NCBI RefSeq assembly: GCF_001194135.2
Contig: NC_068984.1
Coordinates: 84,221,560 to 84,258,572 of the forward strand
Reading direction: 5' to 3'
DNA from: Octopus bimaculoides
Lineage: Eukaryota
Length of the DNA stretch: 37,013 nt
Part shown: piece by piece, positions 22,119 through 33,444 of the stretch
Numbering within the stretch: the stretch's first letter is position 1
How the letters are laid out: each line of letters starts with the position of its first letter
Notes under the pieces: generated by a model
Told to the model about the DNA's origin: nothing
The model's input: the letters and a program-made list of their open reading frames with translations, nothing else
The model's database searches: none
Made by a program: the position numbers and the translations under genes

Positions 22119-23749
22119 ATATATATATATATATATATATATATCACCAAAATGTTGAAATCACAATGAAATTCATTAAGCAGCTGATAATGGATTTATA
22201 TTTTTCATATGATTGTTGGCTGTACATCTTTTGTGTCTTGTGTTCATATGGTTTTAAGTTGTCCTTCATTGAAACTCTAACTCTTAAAGGATTAAACTTG
22301 TTTAAGGGTTCTTGGTTTATGGTGGTTTTGTCCTTTATATTATACCATACATTGATGTTGTAAGTCAGTCTATCATAGGAATTCTAATTCTGGTAAGGAA
22401 AATACTTGTTGAGGTCTTTGATCATAGATCTGCTCAATAAAGGTTAACCTGGAGGCTAAATAACACAATATGGTAACATTTGTGTCTGTAGCTGAACCAG
22501 CCATAACAGATCATTCAATTTTACCTGTCTGGTCTTGATATTCTCAATATGTTTATTGGTCTGTCTTAAAATTTTGTTTCATTATTTATTTATTTATTTT
22601 CATTTTATTATTTTTATTTTTGTGCGTCTTAGTATTTGCTTATGTCTTGTATTTGATTGATTTATAGAAAGCTCATGTCCCAAGACTATTCAGCTATCCA
22701 ACCTGTCATCTCTTTCTCTTTCCTTCACACAGACACACACACACACACACACACGTACGCACATTAACACTGTGCAAGTTCGCTGGGAATTATTGTGAAG
22801 GAAGTGAAAATCCTTTGATATTAATTAAATGAAATTTTCTAGTGTATTTTTTATTTATTTATTTACGATGACACCTTAATGCTGATATCCAAATTAGCTA
22901 GCTACCTAGTTGCCTAACACTTAAAATATTGAAATATTCAGTCATTCTGTATCTCGGGCTACATTACACTATGTGTTCTAAGTAGCTAATTTCAAGAACA
23001 GTATAGTTCAAACCTTTCAAAACTGCTAATTATTGTTGTAGCAGTCTGGGCATCATGTGCATCTATGATAATAAAAACTCACTATTTCCATAGTTTCTTC
23101 ATTTGTGAGGCCCCCCTCAGTAGATGTAATTTAGGTGGTCATAGCCATATTCTCTAGCTGCTTGCTTGTGCAGTGGCATCTCCATTGCTACTGCTCTTTA
23201 TGAAGTGCTATTGGTATCTAAGAAGTGATCATATTTGGACACAAGTTGACTGCTCCAAGCCATTACAGTTTAGTCTTGATCTCATAAAGTCAACATCAGA
23301 AAGCCTCAATGTGGTCACTCAACTTGCTGAAAATAGCTGCCAAATTTTTCTCAGAACATATTCTACATATTCTGCTGTTGTAAAAATGGAATAAGATATA
23401 GACATAGGTATGGCAGTGTGGTTGCCTGCTTTACAGCAACATGGTTTTGGGTTCAGTCCCATTTCATGGCACCTTGGGCAAGTGTCATTTACTATAACCC
23501 CAAGCCAACAAAAGCCTTGTGAGTAAATTTGGGTGACAGAAATGGTGTGAAAGCTCATATATATATATATATATATATATATTTGTATGTATGTATATAT
23601 GTCTTTGTGTTTGCATTGTTTCCCAACTACTTGATGACTGGTGTTGGTTTGTTTATGTCCCCCATAACTTAGTGGTTTAGCAAAATAGGTTGATGGAATA
23701 AGTACCAAACTTTTAAAAAATAAGTAAGTACCAGGGTCAATTTGTCTGA

Positions 23750-24785
23750 ATGCTCCGCTGGATGTACAATGTCAGTGTGCACACATGACAGAGTGTAAGC
23801 ACCCCGAGAGAAAAGTTGGACATAAGAAGCATCAGATGTGGTGTTGAAGAGAGATGACTGCACTGGTATGGTCATGTGTTGCGTATGGATGAGGACAGCT
23901 GTATGCAAAAAGTGTCACACCCTAGCAGTTGAGGGAACCTGTGGAAGAGGTAGNNNNNNNNNNAGGACAGCTGTATGCAAAAAGTGTCACACCCTAGCAG
24001 TTGAGGGAACCTGTGGAAGAGGTAGACCCAGGAAGACCTGGGATGAGGTAGTGAAGCATGACCTTTGAACGTTGGGCCTCAAGGAGGTGATGACAAGTGA
24101 TCGAGACCTTTGAAGATATGCTTGAGGAGACCCAGCAAGCCAAGTGAAACCATAACCATGGTCTATGCCAGTGCAGCATAACCAGTCCATTTAAGAGTAC
24201 CCTTCAATCATTGGGCAATAAACTGTGCTTGTGAAGACCTGTTGAGTCAAATGAAGTCATTTTTGTGGCCGATGCCAGTACCACCTGACTGACACCCATG
24301 CTGGTGGCATGTAAAAAGCACCATTCGAGCGTGGTCGATGCCAGTACCGCCTAACTGGTTCTGTGCTGGTGGCACATAAAAAGCATCTTTCAAGCATGGT
24401 CATTGCCAGTGCTGTCTGACTAGCATCCGTGCCAGTGGCATGTAAAAAGCACCATTCAAGCATGATCGATTCCAGTGGCACATAAAAAGCACCATTTGAG
24501 TATGGTCATTGCCAGTGCCGCCTGACTGGCTCCTGTGCCTGTGACACGTAAAAGGTACCATTTGAGCGTGGTCATTGCCAGTGCCGCCTGACTGGTCCTC
24601 ATGCTGGTGGTTTGTAAAAAGTGCCCACTACATTCTCGGAGTGGTTGGTGTTAGGAAGGGCACCAGCTGTAGAAACTTTGCCAGATCAGATTGGAGCCTG
24701 GTGCAGCCTTTTGGCTTGCCAGCCCTCAGTCAAACTGTCCAAACCATGCCAGCATGGAAAGCAGACATTAAACAATGATGATGAC
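23750..24785 (+). mobile_element. 5'-truncated RTE-clade LINE: ORF2 C-terminus, 3' UTR with 66-bp tandem repeats, (GAT)n tail
   Basis: MLRWM...RLHWYGHVLRMDE...GRGRPRKTWDEVVKHDL; inserted inside a SINE. Confidence 0.85.
24274..24620 (+). repeat. About 66-bp tandem repeat inside the RTE 3' UTR
   Basis: Unit starts (g/t)ccagt at 24274, 24340, 24405, 24471 (short), 24511, 24577. Confidence 0.85.
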
Positions 24786-25618
24786 AATGAAACCCTTCAA
24801 GGCAATGTTCCAGCATGGTCACGACTCAATGACTGAAACAAGTAAAATATAAAGATATTAGATAATGCCTTAGACATGCAATGAATTAAAATAAGATAGA
24901 TTGGTCTCAGTTAGAATGTCTTATATCACAGGTCTACTTAAAGCTGAGCTTGAGGTTGATAAAAAATGGTCGTACTCCAAGTTTTATATCTTTCTCTGTT
25001 TAAACTAGCAAATATGGGAGCTTCTAAAAATAGTAGTCAAACTCCCTTCACATCCCATCCTACTATTTTGGCAAAGGAAGGATACATTGCATAATGTAGC
25101 CCTACATACCCATAGAAATAATGGATGATCATAACTGGAATGCTTTTAGTCATAGGCCTGCTCAATAACAATTAACCTGGGGCAAAATAACAATCTGTTG
25201 GTCTATCAATCTGTCTACATGCAGAGACAGTTTTATAGTCCGTATGATATATCTGATATGTGGTTACTGAAAGTGTGTGTGTGTGTGTGAGAGAATGAGA
25301 GATGGAAAGAGAGAGAGAAAGAGAAAGAAAGAGAGCAACAGCTAGCTAAATGTAAATGGTGTGAACTGGCAATTAATAAGTCAACAGTCTGTATTTTGTT
25401 TGTCAGCAGCAAGAGTTTGTATTTAGACAAGTCACTCAACTCTCAAATAGGAAAAATACTGCAGTGACATACCTATCAACAATGTGTATACATTAAGTAT
25501 GATACATAGATGACTATTTTAATTAAACACCACCTCAATTGTGTAGACTGGATTTTTAGTCAGTCAGGTAATTAATTGCAGCATCAGTGAGTGTTTTATT
25601 CACTTTTTCCTATATCAG

Positions 25619-25724
25619 AGATGACAAATTCCTGTCTGAGCATGGTGCTGGCTGCAACTGTGTGCCATCAAAAAGGCCCAAAATGGTTGAAATGCATCTG
25701 ACACACTCACTGGCTGCTGTTGGG
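25619..25724 (+). CDS. Candidate exon H (DDKFLSEHGAGCNCVPSKRPKMVEMHLTHSLAAVG); frame and donor ambiguous
   Basis: Acceptor cactttttcctatatcag|, GC-richer than the flanks, donor |gtgaat at 25725. Confidence 0.5.
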
Positions 25725-25779
25725 GTGAATTTTCATCTCTTTCTCACTCTGATATTTATTGAGTTTTTTACACACCAAG

Positions 25780-25830
25780 TCTATGAGGGATGCTATCTCA
25801 GCACATACTGCAGTAACTGGCCTACAAAGA
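25780..25830 (+). CDS. Candidate exon I (SMRDAISAHTAVTGLQR or YEGCYLSTYCSNWPTK)
   Basis: Acceptor ttttttacacaccaag| with branch-like ctgat upstream, donor |gtgtgt; open in two frames. Confidence 0.4.
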
Positions 25831-25878
25831 GTGTGTATACATTAAGAATGATATTAGATTTATATATATATATAAATA

Positions 25879-26276
25879 GGCGCAGGAGTGGCTGTGTGGT
25901 AAGTAGCTTGCTTACCAACCACATGGTTCCGGGTTCAGTCCCACTGCGTGGCACCTTGGGCAAGTGTCTTCTACTATAGCCTCGGGCCGACCAAAGCCTT
26001 GTGAGTGGATTTGGTAGACGGAAACTGAAAGAAGCCCGTCGTATATATGTATATATATGTGTGTGTGTGTGTCTGTGTTTGTCCCCCCAACATTGCTTGA
26101 CAACCGATGCTGGTGTGTTTACGTCCCCGTAACTTAGCGGTTCGGCAAAAGAAACCGATAGAATAAGTACTAGGCTTACAAAAGAATAAGTCCTGGGGTC
26201 GATTTGCTCGACTAAAGGTGGTGCTCCAGCATGGCCGCAGTCAAAAATGACTGAAACAAGTAAAAGAGTAAAAGAG
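25879..26276 (+). mobile_element. SINE family B, young full-length copy (tRNA head, CORE-like block, internal (TA)/(TG), taaaagag tail)
   Basis: A-box-like tggctgtgtgg, B-box-like ggttcagtccc, accttgggcaagtg block, CpGs retained. Confidence 0.9.
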
Positions 26277-26280
26277 TATA

Positions 26281-26520
26281 TCATCATTATCATCATCATT
26301 CAACGTCTGTTGTCTATGCTGGCATAAGCTGAGGGGCTACACCAGACTCCAGTCTGATTTAGCATGGTTTCTACAGCCAGATGTCCTTCCTAATGCCAAC
26401 CACTCTGAGAGTATAATCAGTGTTTTTACATGCCATTAGCATGGGTGCCAGTTGCGTGACACCAATATCTGCCATAACTACGATTTCACTTGGCTTGATG
26501 GGTCTTCTCCTCAAGCATGG
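26281..26520 (-). mobile_element. RTE 3' terminal fragment
   Basis: (CAT)n, ccttcctaatgccaaccactctg, and ORF end ttcacttggcttgatgggtcttctc. Confidence 0.7.
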
Positions 26521-27004
26521 CGATGCAAACACACTCATATGTGTGTGTGTGTATACAGCATGGCCACAGTCAATGACTGAAACAAGTAAAAGAGTATATG
26601 TGCATACAAGCATATAAGCATGCAGGTACACATGAACACATAGTTTCACACTTGGATGTCAGTGCATATGTAGATCTGAGATGCATGTGTATATGCACTT
26701 ATTACATGCTAGCTTCTTAAGATTGGTATTGAGGTAGTCAGTCAGCTATCCAAGAGCTCTGGTAATAATGATTAGAAATCCAAAGTAATAGACCAGATGG
26801 AGTTATTGTAGATATCTTATCAATTTAATATATGTACTTTCTTTTTCACTAACTTTCAACATTATGTTGACATCTGCTGGGCAACTGAGTTCAACTACTG
26901 AAAACTTAAACAAATGACTGATTTAATATCTTTTGTGTGTGCGTGTGTGTTTCATTGCTTATATTTAAGGCATGAAATAAAACAGTATCTTTTCTCATGC
27001 AAGT

Positions 27005-27170
27005 ACTGCCCTGAGCTAGCAGAAACATTAGAGCATTGGACAAAATGCTTTATGGTATTTGCTCCAACTCATTACATTCTGGGGTTAATTAAATAAAGTA
27101 CCAGTTGATGGTATTGACTTATACTCTCCCCTCAAAATTGCTGGCCTTGTTCATAATTTAGAAACTATTA
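27005..27170 (+). mobile_element. SINE family A, internally deleted
   Basis: Head gagctagcagaaacattag...aaaatgc and 3' aaattgctggccttg are present; the middle is missing. Confidence 0.6.
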
Positions 27171-27398
27171 TATAAATTGCTTGTCCTTGTGTTCAAGTGG
27201 TCTGTTATCAGTTAATAAGTGACTTCAGATATTATTTGTTTAATTACCTGAGTAATTATTTGTGGTAATGAAATATGCCATTTTTTATACTCATATATCA
27301 AGTAGCTAGAGTAAAGATCTGGTGTCTTATGCTAAACCAATGACAGAATACAAACATGACTTTTCAGTCAAAATAAAACTTATGCTTTAACCATTTAG

Positions 27399-27436
27399 GT
27401 TGGGCCAATGCACCCTGCTATGCTACTGCTTTCAGT
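27399..27436 (+). CDS. Candidate exon J (VGPMHPAMLLLS or WANAPCYATAFS)
   Basis: Acceptor gctttaaccatttag|, donor |gtatgt; 38 nt, open in two frames. Confidence 0.45.
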
Positions 27437-27729
27437 GTATGTCTGCTCAATCAAGGTTGACTTGGTACTATACTAAACAACAACTGAATGAAATTATCAC
27501 TCATTCTATTTATCGTTATCTTTCAATGATTCTACGGGTATCAATCAGTTAACTTATCAGTCAATCACTTAATCAATCATGTGATCTAAGATTTAATCAG
27601 TTAAAACATCCCTATTTTATGATGTGAAAGTTTTCCCTCAATAAGACAATAAAACAATTAGTTTGAAGAAAACATTGAAAAAATCTTTGTACAGAATTAC
27701 AACAGACAATTGGATCTATTTTTTAGTCA

Positions 27730-27925
27730 AGCCTCTCAGTGGTCATTAGAAATTCAGCCAAATTTCCTTTGAGTCATACCCTACAACCTTCATAAAGGAA
27801 GACACAATGAACAAGGTGATCCGTTATATATAAAAAGGTAGAGTGGTCATAGCTGAAACACTTTTCATCATAGGTCTACTTGATCATGGAGAGCTGACTC
27901 GGGGCTAAACAATATCAACAACTAC
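27730..27925 (+). mobile_element. SINE-like family D with (AAC) tail; related pieces near 10190-10375(-), 17380-17480, 22410-22475, 25005-25195
   Basis: Shared motifs cagccaaat...tcacaccc and tggtcatagctg...tcataggtct...ggggctaaacaa recur across the window. Confidence 0.55.
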
Positions 27926-28438
27926 TGTACTGTGTTGAACGTCCAAATTGCTTCACACAATAGAGTGGGATCATTTTACAAAAACTAAAGATTCATTTCT
28001 TTGTTAGCCCATTTAATTAAATATGGAATGCGGTTTATTATCTTCATTTGTTTTTAAATGTCAGCTTTTCTTTGATATCAATGTGGGGTTTATAGCTAAT
28101 AGTGTTCTGGTGTAATACATAGCTAAATTAGTCCCTCTCCTCTCTGACACCTATTTACAACTTACCTGCTGAATTGACCTTAACCTCCTGATCTTTATAT
28201 AATCATTTGAAACTATTGAAGTATATGATTTAGAGGTAGATAGATAGTCAAAGTAGTTCATTGTTGTCAACATGGTAACATTAGTATTCAATATTTTTTC
28301 ATTGTAATGACGTCAACATAAGGCTCTATCACAATTCAGCACAGTGATTGTGATTAGACAGGCTAATTCACTGTATTTCATTTGTAAATGAAATATGACT
28401 GGTAAAATATTATAGCTGTTTAGTTGACCTCTCTTCAG

Positions 28439-28492
28439 TTATTGTCACTAAATGTTTTGTATAGACATAGATCTGTTAGTTACCAACAATAA
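28439..28492 (+). CDS. Candidate terminal exon K (YCH* or LLSLNVLYRHRSVSYQQ*)
   Basis: Acceptor gacctctcttcag|; both frames arriving from exon J terminate here (TAA 28449-28451 or 28490-28492). Confidence 0.3.
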   Translation, partial: LLSLNVLYRHRSVSYQQ

Positions 28493-28607
28493 CAATCACA
28501 ACAATGATTAACAGTAAATCAAGATCTAAGAAAGAAACAATGAAAGTAAATTTAAGAAGGGTGTTGCAACTTGCTTGAAACATTGTGATTAAGAACTAAA
28601 ATAATAG

Positions 28608-28767
28608 AATAATGAAGACAGAGAGCTTCTTACAATGCGAAAAAGGAAAAGTTTAATAAACTTTATATATTTCAGGCACAAAGGCTGGATAGTGGACCTT
28701 TGTGCCTGAAATATTCAAAAGTTATAAAACTTTTCCCTTTTCATATTGTAAGGAGCTCTTCATTATT
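28608..28767. repeat. Imperfect inverted repeat, about 70-bp arms, 12-nt loop
   Basis: Inner 18 bp are perfect: atatttcaggcacaaagg / cctttgtgcctgaaatat. Confidence 0.8.
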
Positions 28768-29991
28768 TTGTGAAGTTCAATAGATTTATGCTAGCAGATG
28801 CAGTGAGCTTCCTTGCAGTGGTTCTGTTTTGCTGAAACTAGCAACCAAATCTTTCTAAGACCACATCCAACAGTAGTGATGAGGAACTTTTTAAGCCCAG
28901 AGGGCTGAAATTTTAATTTTTTAAAATAAACTTGATATTGAAGTGTTGCTTACTTGTATAAAATTATCTTAATTTAAGGTAAATGCTTGTTGATAAGCAT
29001 TTTTATAACAAGAAACTGCAGATATTGCAGATATTACATGACACATAAAACCTTAGGTATGTCATTGTGGACTTGTGTTTGTATGTTCAACATCAGAGCT
29101 TTGCTATCTTAATAAAAACAAACATTAAATGATGAGGTCCTGTGCACACTGTGCATCAGTAAAAATAGTGCAGAGAGGGTTCTGCCATTAAAGTCACCTC
29201 ACTTGGATTTTCAGCAGGCAGTCACAATAATCATGCTGCTATAAATAGTATGGGAGCCACTTGGGAAAATAGAACATTTATGGAAAAGATTACCAACCAA
29301 TCAGTATCAGCTAGCATATATTAACTAAGGGTGGTAAACATCAAAGAAGCTCTAAGCTTCTCATGAAATAGTAATTTGAAGGTTCTAGAAAATCTTGCCT
29401 AGCATTATAAAAGTTGGTGGCTTGAACTCCAAAACCTTGTCACTTTATTCCACAAGATATGTTTTCATTTCCATCTACTTGTCCTCATATAATACTTTGA
29501 AAATACCTGATCCATGAAGGTAAATTATCTATGTGATTTAATACTGACATATGTCCAACCATCCAATTATCTAATTAACTGCTCTATTTTCTCCTATTTC
29601 TATAATGACAATGAACATGCCAACATAACAGATTTAACTAGAATATTCTCTATATTTCCCATGTTGTAAATCTATAAGTATTAAACAGTTTAATATGTAT
29701 GGAAACATATTTATTTGTATAGTCTTTCTTGTCTATGAACATGACCTCTTACCTCACTATCAATGACATAATAATGATACTGGCAAGTTAAACTATGGTT
29801 AACAACACCAATATCTCTGCTTGGGCTACTTATTTATATGATGGCTGATGAAATAGCATTGGACAAATTTTTTTTTGAATTGTGGTTGTTTTTGTATAGC
29901 AGCAAGTTAGTCTGGTTGATACAAGGGAAATTTGGTGGCTAATTTTAACAAGTAGAATGATCACATAGAGGTCCTTTTGTAAGCTGACTAT

Positions 29992-30181
<190 letters not shown>

Positions 30182-30337
30182 ACGAAAGTAGACAAATGGA
30201 TTATATGGTATTGCTACAATGTTTCAACAAAAGACTTTTTTGTGGCATGATATAGTACATGTAGGTATGTAAGATGAGCAAATATCTATAAGATTATGCA
30301 ATACATTACGCTGAATTTCTCAACTCTTCAGGCTCTA

Positions 30338-30349
30338 CACAGACACAAA

Positions 30350-30401
<52 letters not shown>

Positions 30402-30575
30402 AATATATATATGATAAGCTTCTTCCAGTTTCCATCCACCAAATCCACTCACAAGGCTTTGGTTGGCCCAAGGCTATAGTAGAAGACACTTGCCCAAGGT
30501 GCCATGCAGTGGGACTGAACCTAGAACCATGTGGTTGGGAAGCAAGCTTCTTACTACACAGCCATACCTGTGCCT
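30338..30575 (-). mobile_element. SINE family B, 5' half
   Basis: ccaaatccactcacaaggctttgg...gaagacacttgcccaaggtgcc...cacagcca. Confidence 0.85.
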
Positions 30576-30752
30576 ATATATATATATATATATATATATA
30601 TGTAATTTTTTTGACTAATGAGTATATGTCAATTAGTGTGCTGATGTGTTGAGTAAAGCACTGGCACAGTTTGGGCTACCTGGTGCCATCTGCAGTTGCG
30701 GTAAATTTCTGTTGGCTCCACTTCAGGAATAATTCTGCAGTGTTAGTTGAGA

Positions 30753-31219
30753 TAATAATCAATTAAGCAAACAGAAGATGGAATTGGTATAATTCTTTAT
30801 TTTGTATGACAATCGTATAACTCTTTATTTTGCATGACAATCCATCCTTCGTGTGTCCTTTATGGGTGGGATGCTGTACATCATATTACGTTGCATTCAT
30901 TTTGCAGTCTGGGTCACATCAGGTACATACATACTTAAAATGGTGTCTCACTAAAGATCTTCAACTTTTGGCAGTTATGTTTCTATTTGCCCGCTTCAGT
31001 TAGAGCAAATAACAACACAACCACCAAAACTCAAGATCTTTAATGAGACACCACTTTATGTATGAATGTACCTGATGTGACCCAGACTGCAAAATTGATG
31101 CAAGATATGATGCACAGCATCCCACCCATAAAGGACACAAGCAGGATGGGTCGAAATGATTGTCATACAAGATAAAGAATTATACCAATTCCATCTTCTG
31201 TTTACTTAATCGATTATTA
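30753..31219. repeat. Fold-back element, about 200-bp arms
   Basis: 30753-30971 versus 31024-31219, e.g. ttttgcagtctgggtcacatcaggtacat / atgtacctgatgtgacccagactgcaaaa. Confidence 0.9.
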
Positions 31220-31220
31220 A

Positions 31221-31258
<38 letters not shown>

Positions 31259-31502
31259 GGGATAATGAGAGAAGTGATAAATGCATTAGGTGGACTTTTG
31301 GGTTCATACCAGTGTGTATCAGTGGCATATGGTAATTATTCTCCCAGAATGTACACTGTGTTGTTTGTTATGTTGAACCAACCATTGAGGCATTAGAGTT
31401 GCTCAAGAATAGACATGATTTAACCTGTTTTTGAGAGTGTATTATTAGATTTGTATACAACTGCTAATAAAAACAAACCCTGTGTAATTATAAACTAAAA
31501 TA

Positions 31503-31729
31503 TCTTACTATAATGGCCGTTTTGTCCATCTGTCTGTCCGTCTGTCTGTCAAACGGCTGGACCAATGGTCACGATGTTCTTTTGGATTGCGAAAGAGGCA
31601 ATCAGGAAGGATTTTAACGAAAAAGATGTGAAAAGTATGATTATTTAGTGGATATTGAGTTTTGTATTAACAAATCACCTTTGATTTTTTTTTTTTTGTT
31701 AAAATTCTGGCAACGCGGATTAACTCTAG
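31503..31729 (+). mobile_element. Non-autonomous Helitron-like element
   Basis: A|TC 5' end, (GTCT)n, acggctggaccaat block, 3' ggcaacgcgg...CTAG. Confidence 0.6.
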
Positions 31730-31832
31730 ATTCCCCCACGCCCCACTCCCGCCCATATAGTTTGTGAATTTAGAGGGTTTAGATCTGCGATACTATCCCT
31801 TTATTTCCCATCGTAGATGGGCAGATTTGCTA

Positions 31833-32030
31833 TCTTACTATAACAGGCGTTATGTCCGTCTGTCTGTCTGTCTGCCCGTCTCTTCGTCTGCACCCTTTTC
31901 ACAGCCAGACGGCTGGACCAATAGTTACGATATTTTTCGGGATTACAAAGACGGTCGGCAGGAAGGTTTTTAGCATTACAAAGTCTGAAAGTATGATTAT
32001 AGATATCGAATTTTGTGCTGGTGGTACGAT
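31833..32030 (+). mobile_element. Second Helitron-like copy, 3' part displaced by an RTE fragment
   Basis: Same tatcttactataa start and acggctggaccaat block; a possible 3' end gggcaacatcc...ctat lies at 32380-32400. Confidence 0.55.
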
Positions 32031-32034
32031 AGAA

Positions 32035-32325
32035 AATCATTCGAGTGAGGTCGTTGCCAGTGCCGCTGGACTGGCTCCCATGCAGGTGGCACGTAAAAAA
32101 CACTTTTGAGCTTGGCCATTGCCAGTACTGTGTGACTGGCCCTCGTGCCCGTGGCACGTAAAAGCACCCACTGCACTCTCGGAGTGGTTGGCGTTAGGAA
32201 GGGCACCCAGCTGTAGAAACTCTGCCAGATCAGATTGGAGCCTGGTGCAGCCTTCTGGTTTGCCAGTCCTCAGTCAAATCGTCCAACCCATGCTAGCATG
32301 GAAAGCGGACGTTAAATGATGATGA
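32035..32325 (+). mobile_element. RTE 3' terminal fragment with two 66-bp repeat units
   Basis: High similarity to 24500-24785; (GAT)n tail. Confidence 0.8.
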
Positions 32326-32584
32326 TATATGTATGTCATTATTCAGTTTTATTTCAAGATTTCATGTGAAACCTGTTGTGGGCAACATCCGTCCATCTAT
32401 CAAGCCATTCTTATACTATCAGTATATAGATCTTTTGTAAGTAAGTAATTGGAATAAAGTGATACACTGTCAATAATTGCCAAGCTCAAATGTGCACTAA
32501 CATGAATCCATCTAACAGACTCTCCAATGGATGCAGAAATTTACATGCTCTCTTTGCTACCAAAAAGAAACCTCTCAGATGGAT

Positions 32585-32700
32585 TCATCATCATCATTTA
32601 ACGTCTGTGTTCCATGCTGGTATGGCTGGACAGTTTGACAGGATCTGATGGACCCAACAACTGCATCTTGCTTTAGGATCAGCTTCGGCATGCCAATCAC
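32585..32700 (-). mobile_element. RTE 3' terminal fragment
   Basis: catcatcatttaacgtctgtgttccatgctgg...ggacagtttgacagg. Confidence 0.6.
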
Positions 32701-33444
32701 TTTACAGCATATACTATATGATATTTTCTTGCCTCCAGCTCTAGTAAGTTTGCCATGCAACTTGCAGGACTCCAAACTCCATGGGGGAAAAAAATGCCTG
32801 GAGATGAGGAACCAAGAGATGAGGAACCAAGAGATGAGGAACCAAGAGATGTAAAGTATGAGAGAAAAGGACCAGAACAGAACGTCATTTGATGACACAA
32901 ACTTCTCACACAGTGTCACTCTGAATGTACCTGAGATTACTTTAATAGTACATGTGCCAGTGGAATACTCTGCAACTTATATGCTAATCCAATGAGCAGG
33001 TAATTTAGTTGACTGAAAACTGAATATTCAATGTAACTGGCAGGAACCCAGTTTACTTACTCATTACCTATATTTGACCAAGCAAACACAATCATATGCA
33101 TTCACATGCAGAAAATAGTGCAAAATATAGGACACAGTTTGAAAGGAAACTAGTGCAGATATAAGGTATTTGAAGAAATAGAGGACACTTTATATATCAG
33201 TCATAGGTGAACTGTAGCTTGTGGAATTTTCTGAATGACATACTTGAAAAATTACCTTGAATTTTTTGGTAGTGTGGCTTATTTGGTGATAAGCCATGTC
33301 TTTTGCTGCCCACTTCCTCAAAAATGTTGCCCATGCATGCTATACAATCACTTTACTTGCTAGAGACAGCAGGTAAATTCTCCCAAATCACATCATACAG
33401 AAGCTAGCATGTTCCATTGTTTGTACAATGTCAAATGTATTGAG

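Larger units (their letters stand above)
23406..24855 (+). mobile_element. SINE family B split by an RTE insertion (23406-23752 and 24786-24855)
   Basis: The 5' part ends at gggtcaatttgtctgaatg and resumes at aaacccttcaaggc...gactgaaacaagtaaaa. Confidence 0.75.

Noticed and set aside
23173-23394. 73-aa ORF upstream of a SINE
   Set aside because: No motif and no convincing splice sites in phase with the gene model.
23892-24025. Exact 62-bp direct repeat either side of a 10-N gap
   Set aside because: Typical unmerged contig overlap; an assembly artefact.
24274-24620. Regularly spaced repeats resembling a CRISPR array (also 15412-15760)
   Set aside because: Whole units repeat with no unique spacers, there are no cas genes, and the context is eukaryotic.
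25793-26299. 168-aa minus-strand ORF
   Set aside because: Antisense read-through of a young SINE; a common source of spurious predicted proteins.
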